Source: Polynucleobacter meluiroseus (GTDB taxonomy: Bacteria > Pseudomonadota > Gammaproteobacteria > Burkholderiales > Burkholderiaceae). Taken from it: 64,000 nt of DNA. The stretch covers positions 11,443-75,442 of the forward strand of contig CAMDKY010000002.1 in assembly GCA_945901245.1 (NCBI GenBank), written 5' to 3'. Shown here one piece after another: positions 35,386 through 45,943 of this stretch (position 1 is the first letter of the stretch; every line of letters begins with the position of its first letter). The position numbers were made by a program, and so were the translations under genes. The notes under the pieces were generated by a model. That model searched no databases, was not told the DNA's origin, and was given only the letters and a program-made list of their open reading frames with translations.

Positions 35386-36329
35386 TTCAGACGAATAGCG
35401 CGGGCCAGCTCACCCACCTGTTGACGCTCGAAGGCATGCCGAAAGAGCAAATTGTGCACATATTGGATACGGCGCAGCAGTTTGTCAGCATTTCGGATCC
35501 AACGCGTGAAGTAAAAAAAGTACCACTGCTGCGCGGCAAGAGCGTCTTTAATCTCTTTTTTGAAAATTCCACGCGTACCCGAACGACCTTTGAGATTGCC
35601 GCCAAGCGCTTATCGGCCGATGTGATTAATTTGGATATCTCGACTTCTTCGACCACCAAAGGCGAGAGTCTGATGGATACGATCGATAATTTAATTGCTA
35701 TGCAGGCTGATATCTTTGTGGTGCGTCACAGCATATCGCGAGCGCCGATTGAGATTGCCAATCATGTTCCAGAGTACGTGCACGTGATTAATGCAGGCGA
35801 TGGCAGCCATCAGCACCCCACCCAGGGTTTACTGGATATGTTTACGATGCGTTACTTTAAACAGGACTTCACCAAACTCAAGGTCGCAATTGTGGGCGAT
35901 ATTGCCCATAGCCGCGTTGCTAAATCGAATATTCATGCGCTCACGGCGCTGGGCTGTACCGACATTCGGGCGATTGGCCCAGAAAGCCTATTGCCAAGTG
36001 ATTTGGATATGCTCGGCGTGAAGGTGTATCACAGCATGGAAGAGGGTTTGCGCGGCGTCGATGTGGTGATGACCCTGCGCATTCAGAAAGAGCGCATGGA
36101 GGCGGGTAAGGTGCCCGAAGGAGCCGCATTTTTTCAGCAGTTCGGCCTTACACCTGCGCGCTTGGCGCTGGCCAAGTCCGATGCGATTGTGATGCACCCT
36201 GGCCCCATGAACCGCGGCGTCGAGATTGATTCGGCGGTGGCCGATGGCGCGCAGTCCGTGATTCTGAAACAAGTGACCTTTGGAATTGCAGTGCGCATGG
36301 CAGTGATGTCGATAGTGGCTGGCAATTAA
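35382..36329 (+). CDS. pyrB: Aspartate carbamoyltransferase catalytic chain
   Basis: [19 protein letters not shown] and HPGPMNRG motifs. Confidence 0.95.
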   Translation: MIQTNSAGQLTHLLTLEGMPKEQIVHILDTAQQFVSISDPTREVKKVPLLRGKSVFNLFFENSTRTRTTFEIAAKRLSADVINLDISTSSTTKGESLMDTIDNLIAMQADIFVVRHSISRAPIEIANHVPEYVHVINAGDGSHQHPTQGLLDMFTMRYFKQDFTKLKVAIVGDIAHSRVAKSNIHALTALGCTDIRAIGPESLLPSDLDMLGVKVYHSMEEGLRGVDVVMTLRIQKERMEAGKVPEGAAFFQQFGLTPARLALAKSDAIVMHPGPMNRGVEIDSAVADGAQSVILKQVTFGIAVRMAVMSIVAGN

Positions 36330-36348
36330 TCCGCACTACTAGGGACCG

Positions 36349-37719
36349 ATGCCGAGTTCAACTACGAAGAAGCGCTGGCTGATTCTGTCGCATGCATTCA
36401 ATATGGATGGGAGGGCAGCCAGTCAAACCATCACCGATAAAATCCCATATTTTTTGGATGCTGCAATAGAGCCAACGGTGTTGAGTTCAATCACTGGTAT
36501 TCAAGACAAGCGCTTTGCGCATCGGCAGTTTTTGGCTTGGGGGCCCGCTGCCTTTCGCTTTGACTTTCGGCACTGGATAGCAAACCAGTATGGCCGAGGA
36601 TGGATTTATAAAGTCGTGACGCCGCTAGTATCCATCGTGCTCGCCCCCTTTATTGCGATCGAAAAGGGCTTATTGGGGTATTCCAGCCAATGGTCTTGGG
36701 CGATGCCGGCATTCATGCACGGCCGTAAACGCATTCGCGCACAGCAAGTGGATCTGGTTTATTCCACTGGGGGAGCATGGTCAGCCCACTTAGCGGGCTT
36801 GTGGCTGAAAAAGGCAACGGGCGTGTATTGGATGGCAGAGATTCATGATCCACTCGTTATCCGCAGCAACCCAGATGATCTGGGTTTTGCAAGGCCACAG
36901 AATCGAGATGCTCGGTTACGGCAGTGGCTGGAGGCGCAAATCTGCCAACATGCGGATTTAGCCTGGTGGTTTACCGACGGCGCCGTTCATTACGCGCAGT
37001 TGCGCAACCCCCATTTAAATCAAGCGGGGAACGCGATGGCGGCCATGGTCATTCCGGGGGCAGAGCCACCGACTACTGCTATTGGCAAGGGCGAGGCAAA
37101 TCAGCCAAATCCGCCTGCAGCCACGCATGCGTATGGCAAGCACTTTAAGATTAGCCATTTCGGCTCTTTGGCAAACAATCGCTCAATCTCCACGGTCTTG
37201 CATGCACTGCCGACTTTGTTTGATCAATACCCCGAAGCACGCGGCGTGCTTCGAATTGATGTCTATGGCGCCAAGGTGGATACGCTCACAGCAGAGGCGA
37301 TCGCGCAATACGGTTTTGAGGATGTCGTGAATGAGCACGGCCGTATTGAAAAAGACCCGGTAACTGGGCGATCCGGGCGCGAACGCATTGCCGAGCGCAT
37401 GCAGGCGGCCGATGTGCTGTTATTACTGCATGGCGATGATGAGTGGTGCTCGGAGTACATTCCTTCCAAGATGTACGAGTACTTTTGGATGGGCCGGCCC
37501 ATTTGGGCGATTACCCACCGCAATCCGCAGATGAACCAATTACTAGAAGAACGCCATGCCTACATTAGTGCTGCTGATGATTCATCGTCGATAGATCAGA
37601 CCCTGGAGCGGCTGTGGTTAGACTGGCAACAACAAAACCTCGCACCATTGGCCTGGCAGCCAATTGGAGTCGATCAGGCAGCCAAAAGAATCTTACAATT
37701 GGCAGTGGGATTTCAGTAA
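36349..37719 (+). CDS. Putative GT-B-fold glycosyltransferase (uncharacterised family)
   Basis: 456 aa. The C-terminal half ends with a GT1/GT4-like EX7E-type region (IPSKMYEYFWMGRPIWAI). The N-terminal half carries an internal hydrophobic segment (VVTPLVSIVLAPFIAI). There is no closer family recognition. Confidence 0.45.
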   Translation: MPSSTTKKRWLILSHAFNMDGRAASQTITDKIPYFLDAAIEPTVLSSITGIQDKRFAHRQFLAWGPAAFRFDFRHWIANQYGRGWIYKVVTPLVSIVLAPFIAIEKGLLGYSSQWSWAMPAFMHGRKRIRAQQVDLVYSTGGAWSAHLAGLWLKKATGVYWMAEIHDPLVIRSNPDDLGFARPQNRDARLRQWLEAQICQHADLAWWFTDGAVHYAQLRNPHLNQAGNAMAAMVIPGAEPPTTAIGKGEANQPNPPAATHAYGKHFKISHFGSLANNRSISTVLHALPTLFDQYPEARGVLRIDVYGAKVDTLTAEAIAQYGFEDVVNEHGRIEKDPVTGRSGRERIAERMQAADVLLLLHGDDEWCSEYIPSKMYEYFWMGRPIWAITHRNPQMNQLLEERHAYISAADDSSSIDQTLERLWLDWQQQNLAPLAWQPIGVDQAAKRILQLAVGFQ

Positions 37720-37761
37720 TACTGTCTCGATTCCTAACCCAACGGAGTGCAGCGCTTACCC

Positions 37762-38700
37762 ATGACTACATCACCCCTACGCAATCTGGTTCTATACAGC
37801 TGCACCTTTAGAAAAGATCTATTGCGCACAGTCAAGTTAGCGCAGAGCATTCAAAAACACAATACCACCCGCATTCCGTTTTATGTGTCGGTTCCAGAAG
37901 AGGATGTATCGCTCTTTCAGGAGCACTTGGCACCATTTGAGGCGATGGTCTTTAATGAAAAAGAGATTTTTGAGAAAAATCCTAAATTAGATATAGAGCG
38001 CCTATATCAAATTCGGGGTGGCCTGCGTCAGCAGGTGATCAAGTCTGAGTTTTGGCGCCTGGGTCTCTCTGAAAATTATTTGGTACTGGATGCGGATTGT
38101 ATTTTTATTCGCGACTTTGATGAGCGCGACTTTATTGCCTACGACACTGTTCCATATTCCGTCATACATGAAGGCAGGGATATGCTGCAGGCAACCGATC
38201 GGTTTGGCCCCAAGCAAATCCGAGGGCATTTCTTAAATGACCGTGAGCCGATTAAAGCGGCATTAGGCAGAACCGGGGTGACCTATGATTTTGGCTACGC
38301 GCCGTTCTTATGGAGTTCTGCAGTATGGCAATCCTTGGATGAAAATTACCTCACACCAAACCAAATGAATTTTTTAGATGCGGTTGAGCTCTGCGGTTCT
38401 GAGTTCACTTGGTACGGTGAATCGCTGGTGAACTTTAGGGCAATTCCCATTTATCCGCGCGAGCAACTTTTTAAGCATTACCACTATGAGCATCAATTGT
38501 GGGCAGATCAGCTGCTGGGCTATACAGAAAAAATCCTTGCCAAAGATTATTTGGGCGTGGTCTATCAATCCAACTGGGAGAGTTGGGGCGACTATGGCCC
38601 CAGCACTAAAAAAGTAAGCTCGCAACTACTGCGGTCTGCCAAGCGTGTAGTGAAAAAAATAGCCTTTAAATTGCGCGTGCTCCCCCGAATACTGCGATGA
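37762..38700 (+). CDS. Hypothetical protein, GT-A-like nucleotide-sugar transferase candidate (DUF6492-like impression)
   Basis: The RQQVIKSEFW...NYLVLDADCIF pattern (DxD-type) resembles small uncharacterised LPS-locus transferases. Its stop overlaps the next gene (ATGA at 38697). The ORF track starts at a GTG at 37747. Confidence 0.35.
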   Translation: MTTSPLRNLVLYSCTFRKDLLRTVKLAQSIQKHNTTRIPFYVSVPEEDVSLFQEHLAPFEAMVFNEKEIFEKNPKLDIERLYQIRGGLRQQVIKSEFWRLGLSENYLVLDADCIFIRDFDERDFIAYDTVPYSVIHEGRDMLQATDRFGPKQIRGHFLNDREPIKAALGRTGVTYDFGYAPFLWSSAVWQSLDENYLTPNQMNFLDAVELCGSEFTWYGESLVNFRAIPIYPREQLFKHYHYEHQLWADQLLGYTEKILAKDYLGVVYQSNWESWGDYGPSTKKVSSQLLRSAKRVVKKIAFKLRVLPRILR

Positions 38701-39572
38701 GCGGAACCTTGCTAGACTTATCCGCGGTTACCTTACTTTGCGTTGAGACTAGGGATCCGGCACTAGCCCACTTTGCTATTCAAAAATGCACTGATCAGGC
38801 CCGCTTTAACCGGGTTGTGTTGATCACTGATCTTGCTAAGCTTGGGAATCCGCTCAAAAATTCACTCAGTAATCCGAGAGATAAACAGGAAATAACGCAA
38901 GGGGTTGAAAGGTTACATGGCATTGAATACGTTCAGGCTCCCCCGATTAAGACAACCAAGGATTATTCGAATTTCCTTTTAACTGGGCTGCGGCAATATG
39001 TCTCTAGCTCCCACGTTTTAATTATTCAATGGGATAGCTTCATTATTCATCCAGAATTGTGGACAGACGATTATTTAAAATACGATTACATTGGTGCCGT
39101 ATGGCCACACCATCCTAAAACGCCAGTTGGTAATGGCGGGTTTTCACTCCGGTCGGTAAAGTTGCTTGATGCACTGTTAAGCCCACAGGTTCCCAAGCGC
39201 CATCCAGAAGATATTTGCATCTGCATTGACAACCGAGAGCGCTTAGAGAAGGAGTTTGATATTCGATTTGCACCCACTGCAGTTGCGGAAAAATTTGCTG
39301 TGGAGCGCGGCGACTGGTATCCTGCATTTGGCTTTCATGGCTTTTTTAATTTTGCACGCGCGCTAAATCATGAACAGCTTTCTCATTTCCTGGGCATATT
39401 GCCGGATGAATACCTAGGCGCAGTTGATACATACGACCTGATCAATGACTTGCTAAGCAACAAAGGCAACTACGCAGTAGCCAACACGATTTACAAAAAA
39501 ACAAAATTTACGTGGAAAATGAGAAGACAATACATCCATACTTTTTTTAAATTAATTTTTAGGAAGAATTAA
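38697..39572 (+). CDS. Hypothetical protein, DUF5672-like
   Basis: The motif YDYIGAVWP...PVGNGGFSLRSVKLL matches my memory of the DUF5672 signature found in glycan loci. The biochemical function is unknown. Confidence 0.4.
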   Translation: MSGTLLDLSAVTLLCVETRDPALAHFAIQKCTDQARFNRVVLITDLAKLGNPLKNSLSNPRDKQEITQGVERLHGIEYVQAPPIKTTKDYSNFLLTGLRQYVSSSHVLIIQWDSFIIHPELWTDDYLKYDYIGAVWPHHPKTPVGNGGFSLRSVKLLDALLSPQVPKRHPEDICICIDNRERLEKEFDIRFAPTAVAEKFAVERGDWYPAFGFHGFFNFARALNHEQLSHFLGILPDEYLGAVDTYDLINDLLSNKGNYAVANTIYKKTKFTWKMRRQYIHTFFKLIFRKN

Positions 39573-39574
39573 AA

Positions 39575-41086
39575 GTGGCCACATTGCCTGCCATCAAGCC
39601 ATTTTTTAAAAAATTCAATGGCTTAATTATTGTATTGATAAGCTCACTTTTATTGGGCATTTGGGCTGTTGAGAGCACTATCGCATTGCGAAATATTTTG
39701 CTGTGGGTTGGCGGAATAGCATCACTCTACTACTGGTTTCATTTTTACGTAGAGCTGAAAAAAAAGAAAATACAACTGCATTTGCATTTCTTAGTCGACC
39801 TAGCCATTGGTCTTGTTGCGGCGATGATGGTGTGGGTACTGGTGCATTACCTTTTTTTTACAATTGACCCGATACGCCAGTTGCATGAGCTAAAAAGTAC
39901 TTGGGTGCGGGCATGCCTTGCCATTGCACTTGGCTCTGCCACGGGACTCTGCCTGCTGAGGAATAGACGGTATTTACCCATCTTGTGGCTGGGCTTGCTT
40001 TGCAGTTTTTTTGTGTTGATTTATCAATACATCCCCAAAGCATTACTGAATAACAGTTTTTTTGGTACCGACTACTACGGCGACTATATTTACTGGGCCA
40101 AGTTTAACGGCGTACTCGCCGGCACACTGCTGATTGCAGGTCTTTTGGGTTTATTGATTGACCAATTCGTGTCGGTGCCCAGGCGCTCTAATTTAGGCAA
40201 TACCTTGAATCAGCAAAAATTTATCGCCGAAAATAGCGCGCAGACGAATGTGTTTGCGGCCCCAGAAGGGCAGCAAGATTACCGCATTCCAGCATATTCA
40301 TTACTGGGTATTTTTGTTGCGATTTACTCGTTCGTTTTTATTTTTGATGCAAAGGCAGGGGTTGGTCTGGCGATCATATTAATTGTGTTTTGGATTGGAT
40401 TTGGCCTCATTCACTTACTAAAGAATGCCAATCACCCGCTCCATCGGGGTTCTATTGCTAGCATCAGCAGGAAGGCCCTGCTTTTCTTTATGCTGATATT
40501 GGCGGTACTGACACTGTTGACATACAAGCACACGAAAAATAATCCGGGCTGGGAAAACTTGTTTACGGACATTGCGATTTCAGCGGATGTTGAAAAATAC
40601 ACCAATTGGCATAATCCAGTAAAACTCGGCTACCCTTTGCGCGAGAGTGGCGAATCGGTTCGACCCAACACCTATGAGAGGGTCTCGTGGGGGGTAGTGG
40701 GATTGCAACTGATCCAAGAGCAGCCGCTCGGTTATGGTGTTTTTCGATCCTTTGCACAGCAATTGCGCGGAAAAGTGGATAACTTTACAAGCGCGGTATA
40801 TACCCATTCCGGTTGGATTGATCTTGGCCTTGCCTTCGGGGTTCTTGGGCTAGTTCTATTGCCCTTTGCCCTCATGCTGCTACTGCTCAATGCCATTCTG
40901 ACGGGGCGCCACCCGTTTCGTGGAACCATCATCAGTATGTGTGTTGCCTTGTTGGTTTTATACAGCGTTGGAGAATACGCGTTTCAACACGGCATAGAAA
41001 TACTATTGTTTTTTTGTGGACTCTTACTGGCGCTATCGATGTGGACGTATCGCAATTCAGAATTAGATAATCTTTACCAGGCCTAG
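39575..41086 (+). CDS. O-antigen ligase family (Wzy_C) polytopic membrane protein, WaaL candidate
   Basis: 503 aa, more than 10 hydrophobic segments, with a Wzy_C-like motif YTHSGWIDLGLAFGVLGLVLL. GTG start preceded by AGGAAG. AT-rich. Confidence 0.6.
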   Translation: MATLPAIKPFFKKFNGLIIVLISSLLLGIWAVESTIALRNILLWVGGIASLYYWFHFYVELKKKKIQLHLHFLVDLAIGLVAAMMVWVLVHYLFFTIDPIRQLHELKSTWVRACLAIALGSATGLCLLRNRRYLPILWLGLLCSFFVLIYQYIPKALLNNSFFGTDYYGDYIYWAKFNGVLAGTLLIAGLLGLLIDQFVSVPRRSNLGNTLNQQKFIAENSAQTNVFAAPEGQQDYRIPAYSLLGIFVAIYSFVFIFDAKAGVGLAIILIVFWIGFGLIHLLKNANHPLHRGSIASISRKALLFFMLILAVLTLLTYKHTKNNPGWENLFTDIAISADVEKYTNWHNPVKLGYPLRESGESVRPNTYERVSWGVVGLQLIQEQPLGYGVFRSFAQQLRGKVDNFTSAVYTHSGWIDLGLAFGVLGLVLLPFALMLLLLNAILTGRHPFRGTIISMCVALLVLYSVGEYAFQHGIEILLFFCGLLLALSMWTYRNSELDNLYQA

Positions 41087-41105
41087 CTCCACTTCAATTC
41101 GCCCG

Positions 41106-42110
41106 CTAATCTGTTTGATTGAGGATTAACTGTGCTCTATTACCGAATTGAAGTAAAAGGCGGTATTCCGTTTCGGCTGAATATTGCTCATATAAATTAA
41201 GTAGTTGCAGTTGATACTCCTGGCTAACAAGGATGTGTTGAAGATGGCTTAGGGTATTTTTTACTTTACAAACAAAATCAACTAAGTCACCACAATACAC
41301 TTCGTTAAACGTGGGCAACTTAAAATATTCTTTGGCCGCCTCGCCGGTATAGCCAACAACTAAATTACCAGCCATTGCTGCCTCGATTGGAGGCAATGCA
41401 AAGCCTTCAGCCTCGCAAAAAGATAAGAAGATTGAACTTTCTTTTAAAAGTGCAACGACCTCTTTTTCGGACTTATTATCGATTGCGATTAGTTTCCAGT
41501 CTTGTGGTAGAGCCTGCTCTAAAAAAAAGTGAATCATTTCAGCGTGTCTAGCCAGTTTCCTTGGCATATAGGTAATAATTTTTTTCTTTGGTGGGCGCTG
41601 GCCTTTAAATTCGTCAGGGATGTTTGGTATGACCCTACAAATTTTGTTTTGATTGAGGCTTGGAAAGGATAATTTGAGAATCTCCGTTGTATCTTCTGAA
41701 ATTGACAGTATTAAATCTGCTTTTTCATATACCGTATTTAGTAATGCAATATTTTTTTTGCCGCCTTGATGAATCATGTATCCATTTTGTACAAAAATGC
41801 CGTACCTTAAGTTTCGCTGAATGCATTGAGATCCGATCTGATTTGCCCATACCTCTGGAATGACAATGAAATCTGTTTTTGGATCAAAGCGTGTTTTTTC
41901 ATACATCTCATGTTTTTTACGAAACAGCTTTCTTTTTCCGCTGCGAATAGTGGCATTGTGTTCGAACCAATTACAGGAAAAGGCAGCATCCTCAGGATGA
42001 AAAACGGAACTAGCAATTCCAGCCCTATTTAACATTTCAGAGTGGCGGTAAATTACTTTGATTCCGCCAATTGGTATATTGACGGCTGGAGATAAGTAAA
42101 CAATTTCCAT
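41106..42110 (-). CDS. Glycosyltransferase family 4 (GT-B)
   Basis: CEAEGFALPPIEAAMAGNLVVGY is the EGFGLxxxEAMAxG signature. It lies on the opposite strand to its neighbours and is very AT-rich. Confidence 0.7.
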   Translation of the reverse strand: MEIVYLSPAVNIPIGGIKVIYRHSEMLNRAGIASSVFHPEDAAFSCNWFEHNATIRSGKRKLFRKKHEMYEKTRFDPKTDFIVIPEVWANQIGSQCIQRNLRYGIFVQNGYMIHQGGKKNIALLNTVYEKADLILSISEDTTEILKLSFPSLNQNKICRVIPNIPDEFKGQRPPKKKIITYMPRKLARHAEMIHFFLEQALPQDWKLIAIDNKSEKEVVALLKESSIFLSFCEAEGFALPPIEAAMAGNLVVGYTGEAAKEYFKLPTFNEVYCGDLVDFVCKVKNTLSHLQHILVSQEYQLQLLNLYEQYSAETEYRLLLQFGNRAQLILNQTD

Positions 42111-42281
42111 TTATAGTTTTTTCGGTATTCTGATTTCGTAAATAGGTAACCATGTTGGTGTCAAACTCAATCAATGCATTTTAAGGCTAAAGCATGAGTC
42201 TGCATAAGCCTATAATGGCCTATTCCAAATTTGTAAAAAGTTTTCGGGTATGCCATATCAATCTAATGCAGGAGCCATCAA

Positions 42282-43340
42282 TTGATACTGATAACGGGTG
42301 GAGCAGGTTTCATCGGCGGTAATTTTGTCTTAGATTGGCTCGCTGATCCGACAGCAGAAAGTGTTGTCAATCTAGATAAATTAACCTATGCCGGCAACTT
42401 AGCTACTTTAGAGGCGCTTGAGGGCGACTCCCGCCATACCTTTGTGCGGGGCGACATCGGCGATCAGCAGTTGGTTACCGATTTGCTAAAAAAACACCAG
42501 CCGCGTGCCATCGTGCATTTTGCTGCTGAGAGCCACGTTGATCGCTCGATTCATGGTCCAGCCGAATTTGTACACACCAATATTGTGGGCACGTTTAATT
42601 TGCTGGAATGCGCAAGGACCTATTGGAATGGGCTAGATGAAAGCAAAAAAGCAGGCTTTCGCTTTCATCATGTTTCGACGGATGAGGTGTATGGCTCCTT
42701 ATCAGCAAGTGATCCGGCATTTACAGAAACCCATCCCTATGAGCCCAACAGCCCGTACTCCGCTTCAAAAGCGGCGTCAGACCATTTGGTGCGGGCCTGG
42801 TTTCATACCTATGGCTTGCCCGTAATCACCAGCAATTGCTCGAACAATTATGGACCGTACCACTTTCCAGAAAAGCTGATACCACTCGTGATTCTCAACG
42901 CCCTAGGCAATAAGCCATTACCGATTTACGGCGATGGACAGCAAGTGCGGGATTGGTTGTACGTCGGCGATCATTGCGCCGCCATTCGGGAAGTGCTGGC
43001 TAAAGGCAAGTTAGGTGAAACCTACAATATCGGCGGTTGGAATGAAAAGACCAATATCGATGTGGTTAAAACCATTTGTACGATTTTGGATGAGCTCAGG
43101 CCAAGGGCAGATGGAAAATCCTATGCCGAGCAAATTACCTTTGTTAAAGACCGCCCCGGGCACGATCGCCGCTACGCAATTGACGCGCGCAAACTGAAAC
43201 GTGAACTCGGCTGGCGCCCTGCTGAAACCTTTGATACTGGTATTCGTAAAACAGTGCGATGGTATTTAGATCACCCGGCGTGGGTTGAAGGCATAGTCAG
43301 CGGATCCTATCGCGACTGGCTACAAAAGCAATACAGCTAA
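42282..43340 (+). CDS. rfbB: dTDP-glucose 4,6-dehydratase
   Basis: [29 protein letters not shown] and [12 protein letters not shown] motifs. TTG start. Confidence 0.95.
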   Translation: MILITGGAGFIGGNFVLDWLADPTAESVVNLDKLTYAGNLATLEALEGDSRHTFVRGDIGDQQLVTDLLKKHQPRAIVHFAAESHVDRSIHGPAEFVHTNIVGTFNLLECARTYWNGLDESKKAGFRFHHVSTDEVYGSLSASDPAFTETHPYEPNSPYSASKAASDHLVRAWFHTYGLPVITSNCSNNYGPYHFPEKLIPLVILNALGNKPLPIYGDGQQVRDWLYVGDHCAAIREVLAKGKLGETYNIGGWNEKTNIDVVKTICTILDELRPRADGKSYAEQITFVKDRPGHDRRYAIDARKLKRELGWRPAETFDTGIRKTVRWYLDHPAWVEGIVSGSYRDWLQKQYS

Positions 43341-43365
43341 GCACGCAAGCACATAGACTAGCCAG

Positions 43366-44343
43366 ATGAACATACTCATTTTCGGCAAAGACGGCCAGCT
43401 TGGCAAAGCATTGCAAGCTAGGTTTGAAGCGAGCGCCAACTGGGCTGCTAAGTCCGGATTGCGTCTTCATTACCTTGGGCGAGCCGAATGCGATTTGAGC
43501 AAGCCAGATGCCGTTAGCGCTGTTCTAGAGCAGCTAAAGCCCGATTGCATCATGAATGCTGCAGCCTACACGGCAGTCGATGCCGCCGAGACCAATGCGC
43601 AGCTTGCAAATGCCATCAACGCAGGCGCGCCGGAGCGCATGGCCCGATATGCAGTCCAGCATGGCGCCACTTTTTTGCATTATTCCACCGACTATGTTTT
43701 TGATGGCAGCAAGGAAGGTCCTTATCGGGAGACCGATGCGCGTAATCCCCTGGGGGCGTATGGCAAAAGCAAGGCCGCCGGTGAGCGTGCGATCGAGGAT
43801 GCCTTTTTGCATGCGACGCAGGGGCAGTACGCTATTTTGAGAACCAGCTGGGTATATGGTGAGGGTGGTAATTTCATTCGGACGATGCTACGCTTGGCGC
43901 AAGAGCGTGACGCGCTCCGGGTGATTGCAGATCAGCACGGAGTGCCAACCGCGGCAGCGTGGTTAGCACAGGTCAGTATGGCCTTGGCATTTGATCGCCA
44001 TGGCGCGCTGCGCGCGTTTCCATCAGGCATTTACCACGCAGTACCCGCCGGCGAGACCAGTTGGCATGGACTGGCCTGCTGGGCGGTACAAGAGGCTAGC
44101 CAAGCGGGCATGCAGCTTAAAGTCGACGCCGGGGCAATTCTGCCGATTCCGGCAAGCGCGTATCCCTTACCAGCGCCGCGGCCGATGAATTCACGGATGC
44201 AAACCACGAAGTTGCTGCAGCAATTGGAAGCCCAAGCCGATGTGTCAGAATGGGACCATTCCGCTGTTACCTTGCTCCGTACCCCTTGGAATGTTGGCGT
44301 CACGGATTATGTGCGCGCTATGGCGCGGCAGCACACAGCTTAA
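43366..44343 (+). CDS. rfbD: dTDP-4-dehydrorhamnose reductase
   Basis: ILIFGKDGQLG, AAYTAVDAAE, YSTDYVFDG and YGKSKAAGE motifs. Confidence 0.85.
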   Translation: MNILIFGKDGQLGKALQARFEASANWAAKSGLRLHYLGRAECDLSKPDAVSAVLEQLKPDCIMNAAAYTAVDAAETNAQLANAINAGAPERMARYAVQHGATFLHYSTDYVFDGSKEGPYRETDARNPLGAYGKSKAAGERAIEDAFLHATQGQYAILRTSWVYGEGGNFIRTMLRLAQERDALRVIADQHGVPTAAAWLAQVSMALAFDRHGALRAFPSGIYHAVPAGETSWHGLACWAVQEASQAGMQLKVDAGAILPIPASAYPLPAPRPMNSRMQTTKLLQQLEAQADVSEWDHSAVTLLRTPWNVGVTDYVRAMARQHTA

Positions 44344-44367
44344 GTACCGATTGAAAAGGCAGTCACT

Positions 44368-45273
44368 ATGGCAGTAAATCGAAAAGGCATTATTTTGGCG
44401 GGCGGCTCTGGAACGCGCTTATATCCCGTGACGCAGGCTATCTCCAAACAGCTCATGCCGGTCTACGATAAGCCGATGGTGTATTACCCCTTGGCCACAT
44501 TCATGTTGGCAGGCATTCGGGATATTTTGCTGATCTCAACACCGCACGATACCCCCCGTTTTGCCGAGTTGCTGGGCGATGGTTCGCAGTGGGGCCTGTC
44601 GATTCAATACTGTGAGCAGCCTTCGCCCGATGGCTTAGCCCAGGCCTTCACCCTAGGCAAATCCTTTGTCGGCAACAGTCCCAGCGCCCTCGTTTTGGGC
44701 GACAACATTTTTTATGGCCATGAACTCGTGAGTCAACTCGATAGTGCAAATGATCGAACGGCTGGCGCTACGGTTTTTGCATACCATGTCACTGATCCAG
44801 AACGCTATGGCGTAGTCGATTTTGATCAAAACAACAAAGCCTTATCCATCGAGGAAAAACCAAGCCAGCCACGCAGTAATTACGCGGTTACCGGTTTGTA
44901 CTTTTATGACAATCAGGTCTGCGATATCGCCGCTTCGATTAAGCCTAGCGCCCGTGGCGAACTCGAAATCACCGACGTGAATCGGACCTATCTGGAGCGC
45001 GGCGAACTCCATGTCGAAATCATGGGCCGTGGTTTTGCTTGGCTCGATACCGGTACCCACGACTCCTTACTCGATGCGGCTGGATTTATTGCCACCTTGC
45101 AAAAGCGCCAAGGCTTAATGGTGGCTTGCCCTGAAGAGATTGCCTACCGCCAAGGCTGGATTAGTGCTGAAGCAGTAGAGCAGGTAGCGGCGCGCCTGAG
45201 TAAAAACAGTTACGGTCAGTACCTCACCAAAATACTCCACGAACTCAATGCAGGTAACCGGACTACGCGCTAG
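44368..45273 (+). CDS. rfbA: Glucose-1-phosphate thymidylyltransferase
   Basis: [22 protein letters not shown] and [11 protein letters not shown] motifs. Confidence 0.95.
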   Translation: MAVNRKGIILAGGSGTRLYPVTQAISKQLMPVYDKPMVYYPLATFMLAGIRDILLISTPHDTPRFAELLGDGSQWGLSIQYCEQPSPDGLAQAFTLGKSFVGNSPSALVLGDNIFYGHELVSQLDSANDRTAGATVFAYHVTDPERYGVVDFDQNNKALSIEEKPSQPRSNYAVTGLYFYDNQVCDIAASIKPSARGELEITDVNRTYLERGELHVEIMGRGFAWLDTGTHDSLLDAAGFIATLQKRQGLMVACPEEIAYRQGWISAEAVEQVAARLSKNSYGQYLTKILHELNAGNRTTR

Positions 45274-45310
45274 CCCCTAAAGTGAGGACATGATGCCAAG
45301 TGATGCTCCA

Positions 45311-45865
45311 ATGAAACTGCACGTAACACCTACTGCGATACCTGAGGTATTGGTTATCGAGCCAACCGTGTTTGGCGATAACCGGGGCTGGTTTACCGAA
45401 TCCTTTAATGCAAACGATTTTGCTAAAGCGACCGGCCTTGATGTGCAGTTTGTGCAGGACAACCACTCCTTTTCTCGGCAATGGACTTTGCGGGGAATGC
45501 ATTACCAAATGGAGCATACCCAGGGCAAGTTGGTGCGCGTCATTGCTGGCAGTGTGTTTGATGTTGCGGTTGATTTGCGTAAAGCGGCCACGACGTTTGG
45601 GCAGTGGGTGGGCGTTGAGCTCAGCGCGCAAAACCACAAACAGCTGTGGGTGCCGCCAGGCTTTGCCCATGGGTTTTTAGTGCTCTCCGAAACGGCTGAG
45701 TTTGTCTATAAAACGACTGACTACTATGATCCCCAAAGTGAAGTGTGCCTTTCTTGGTGCGATCCCGAAGTAGCGATTGAGTGGCCAATTCCGCTGGGCA
45801 AGCAAGCCCTCTTGAATGCCAAGGACGCCGCTGGTTTGGCCTTGCAGCGGGCGCCCACATTTTAA
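45311..45865 (+). CDS. rfbC: dTDP-4-dehydrorhamnose 3,5-epimerase
   Basis: TPTAIPEVLVIEPTVFGDNRGWFTESF, RGMHYQ and PPGFAHGF motifs. The ORF track starts at 45290; the ATG at 45311 (MKLHVTP) fits family N-termini better. Confidence 0.9.
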   Translation: MKLHVTPTAIPEVLVIEPTVFGDNRGWFTESFNANDFAKATGLDVQFVQDNHSFSRQWTLRGMHYQMEHTQGKLVRVIAGSVFDVAVDLRKAATTFGQWVGVELSAQNHKQLWVPPGFAHGFLVLSETAEFVYKTTDYYDPQSEVCLSWCDPEVAIEWPIPLGKQALLNAKDAAGLALQRAPTF

Positions 45866-45943
45866 TTTGCCAAATCCCTTGGGTGAGTCTGGCCCGGGGC
45901 GCGTACTAGGCTCAGGCACCCTAAACCAGACGATAATCCAGGG

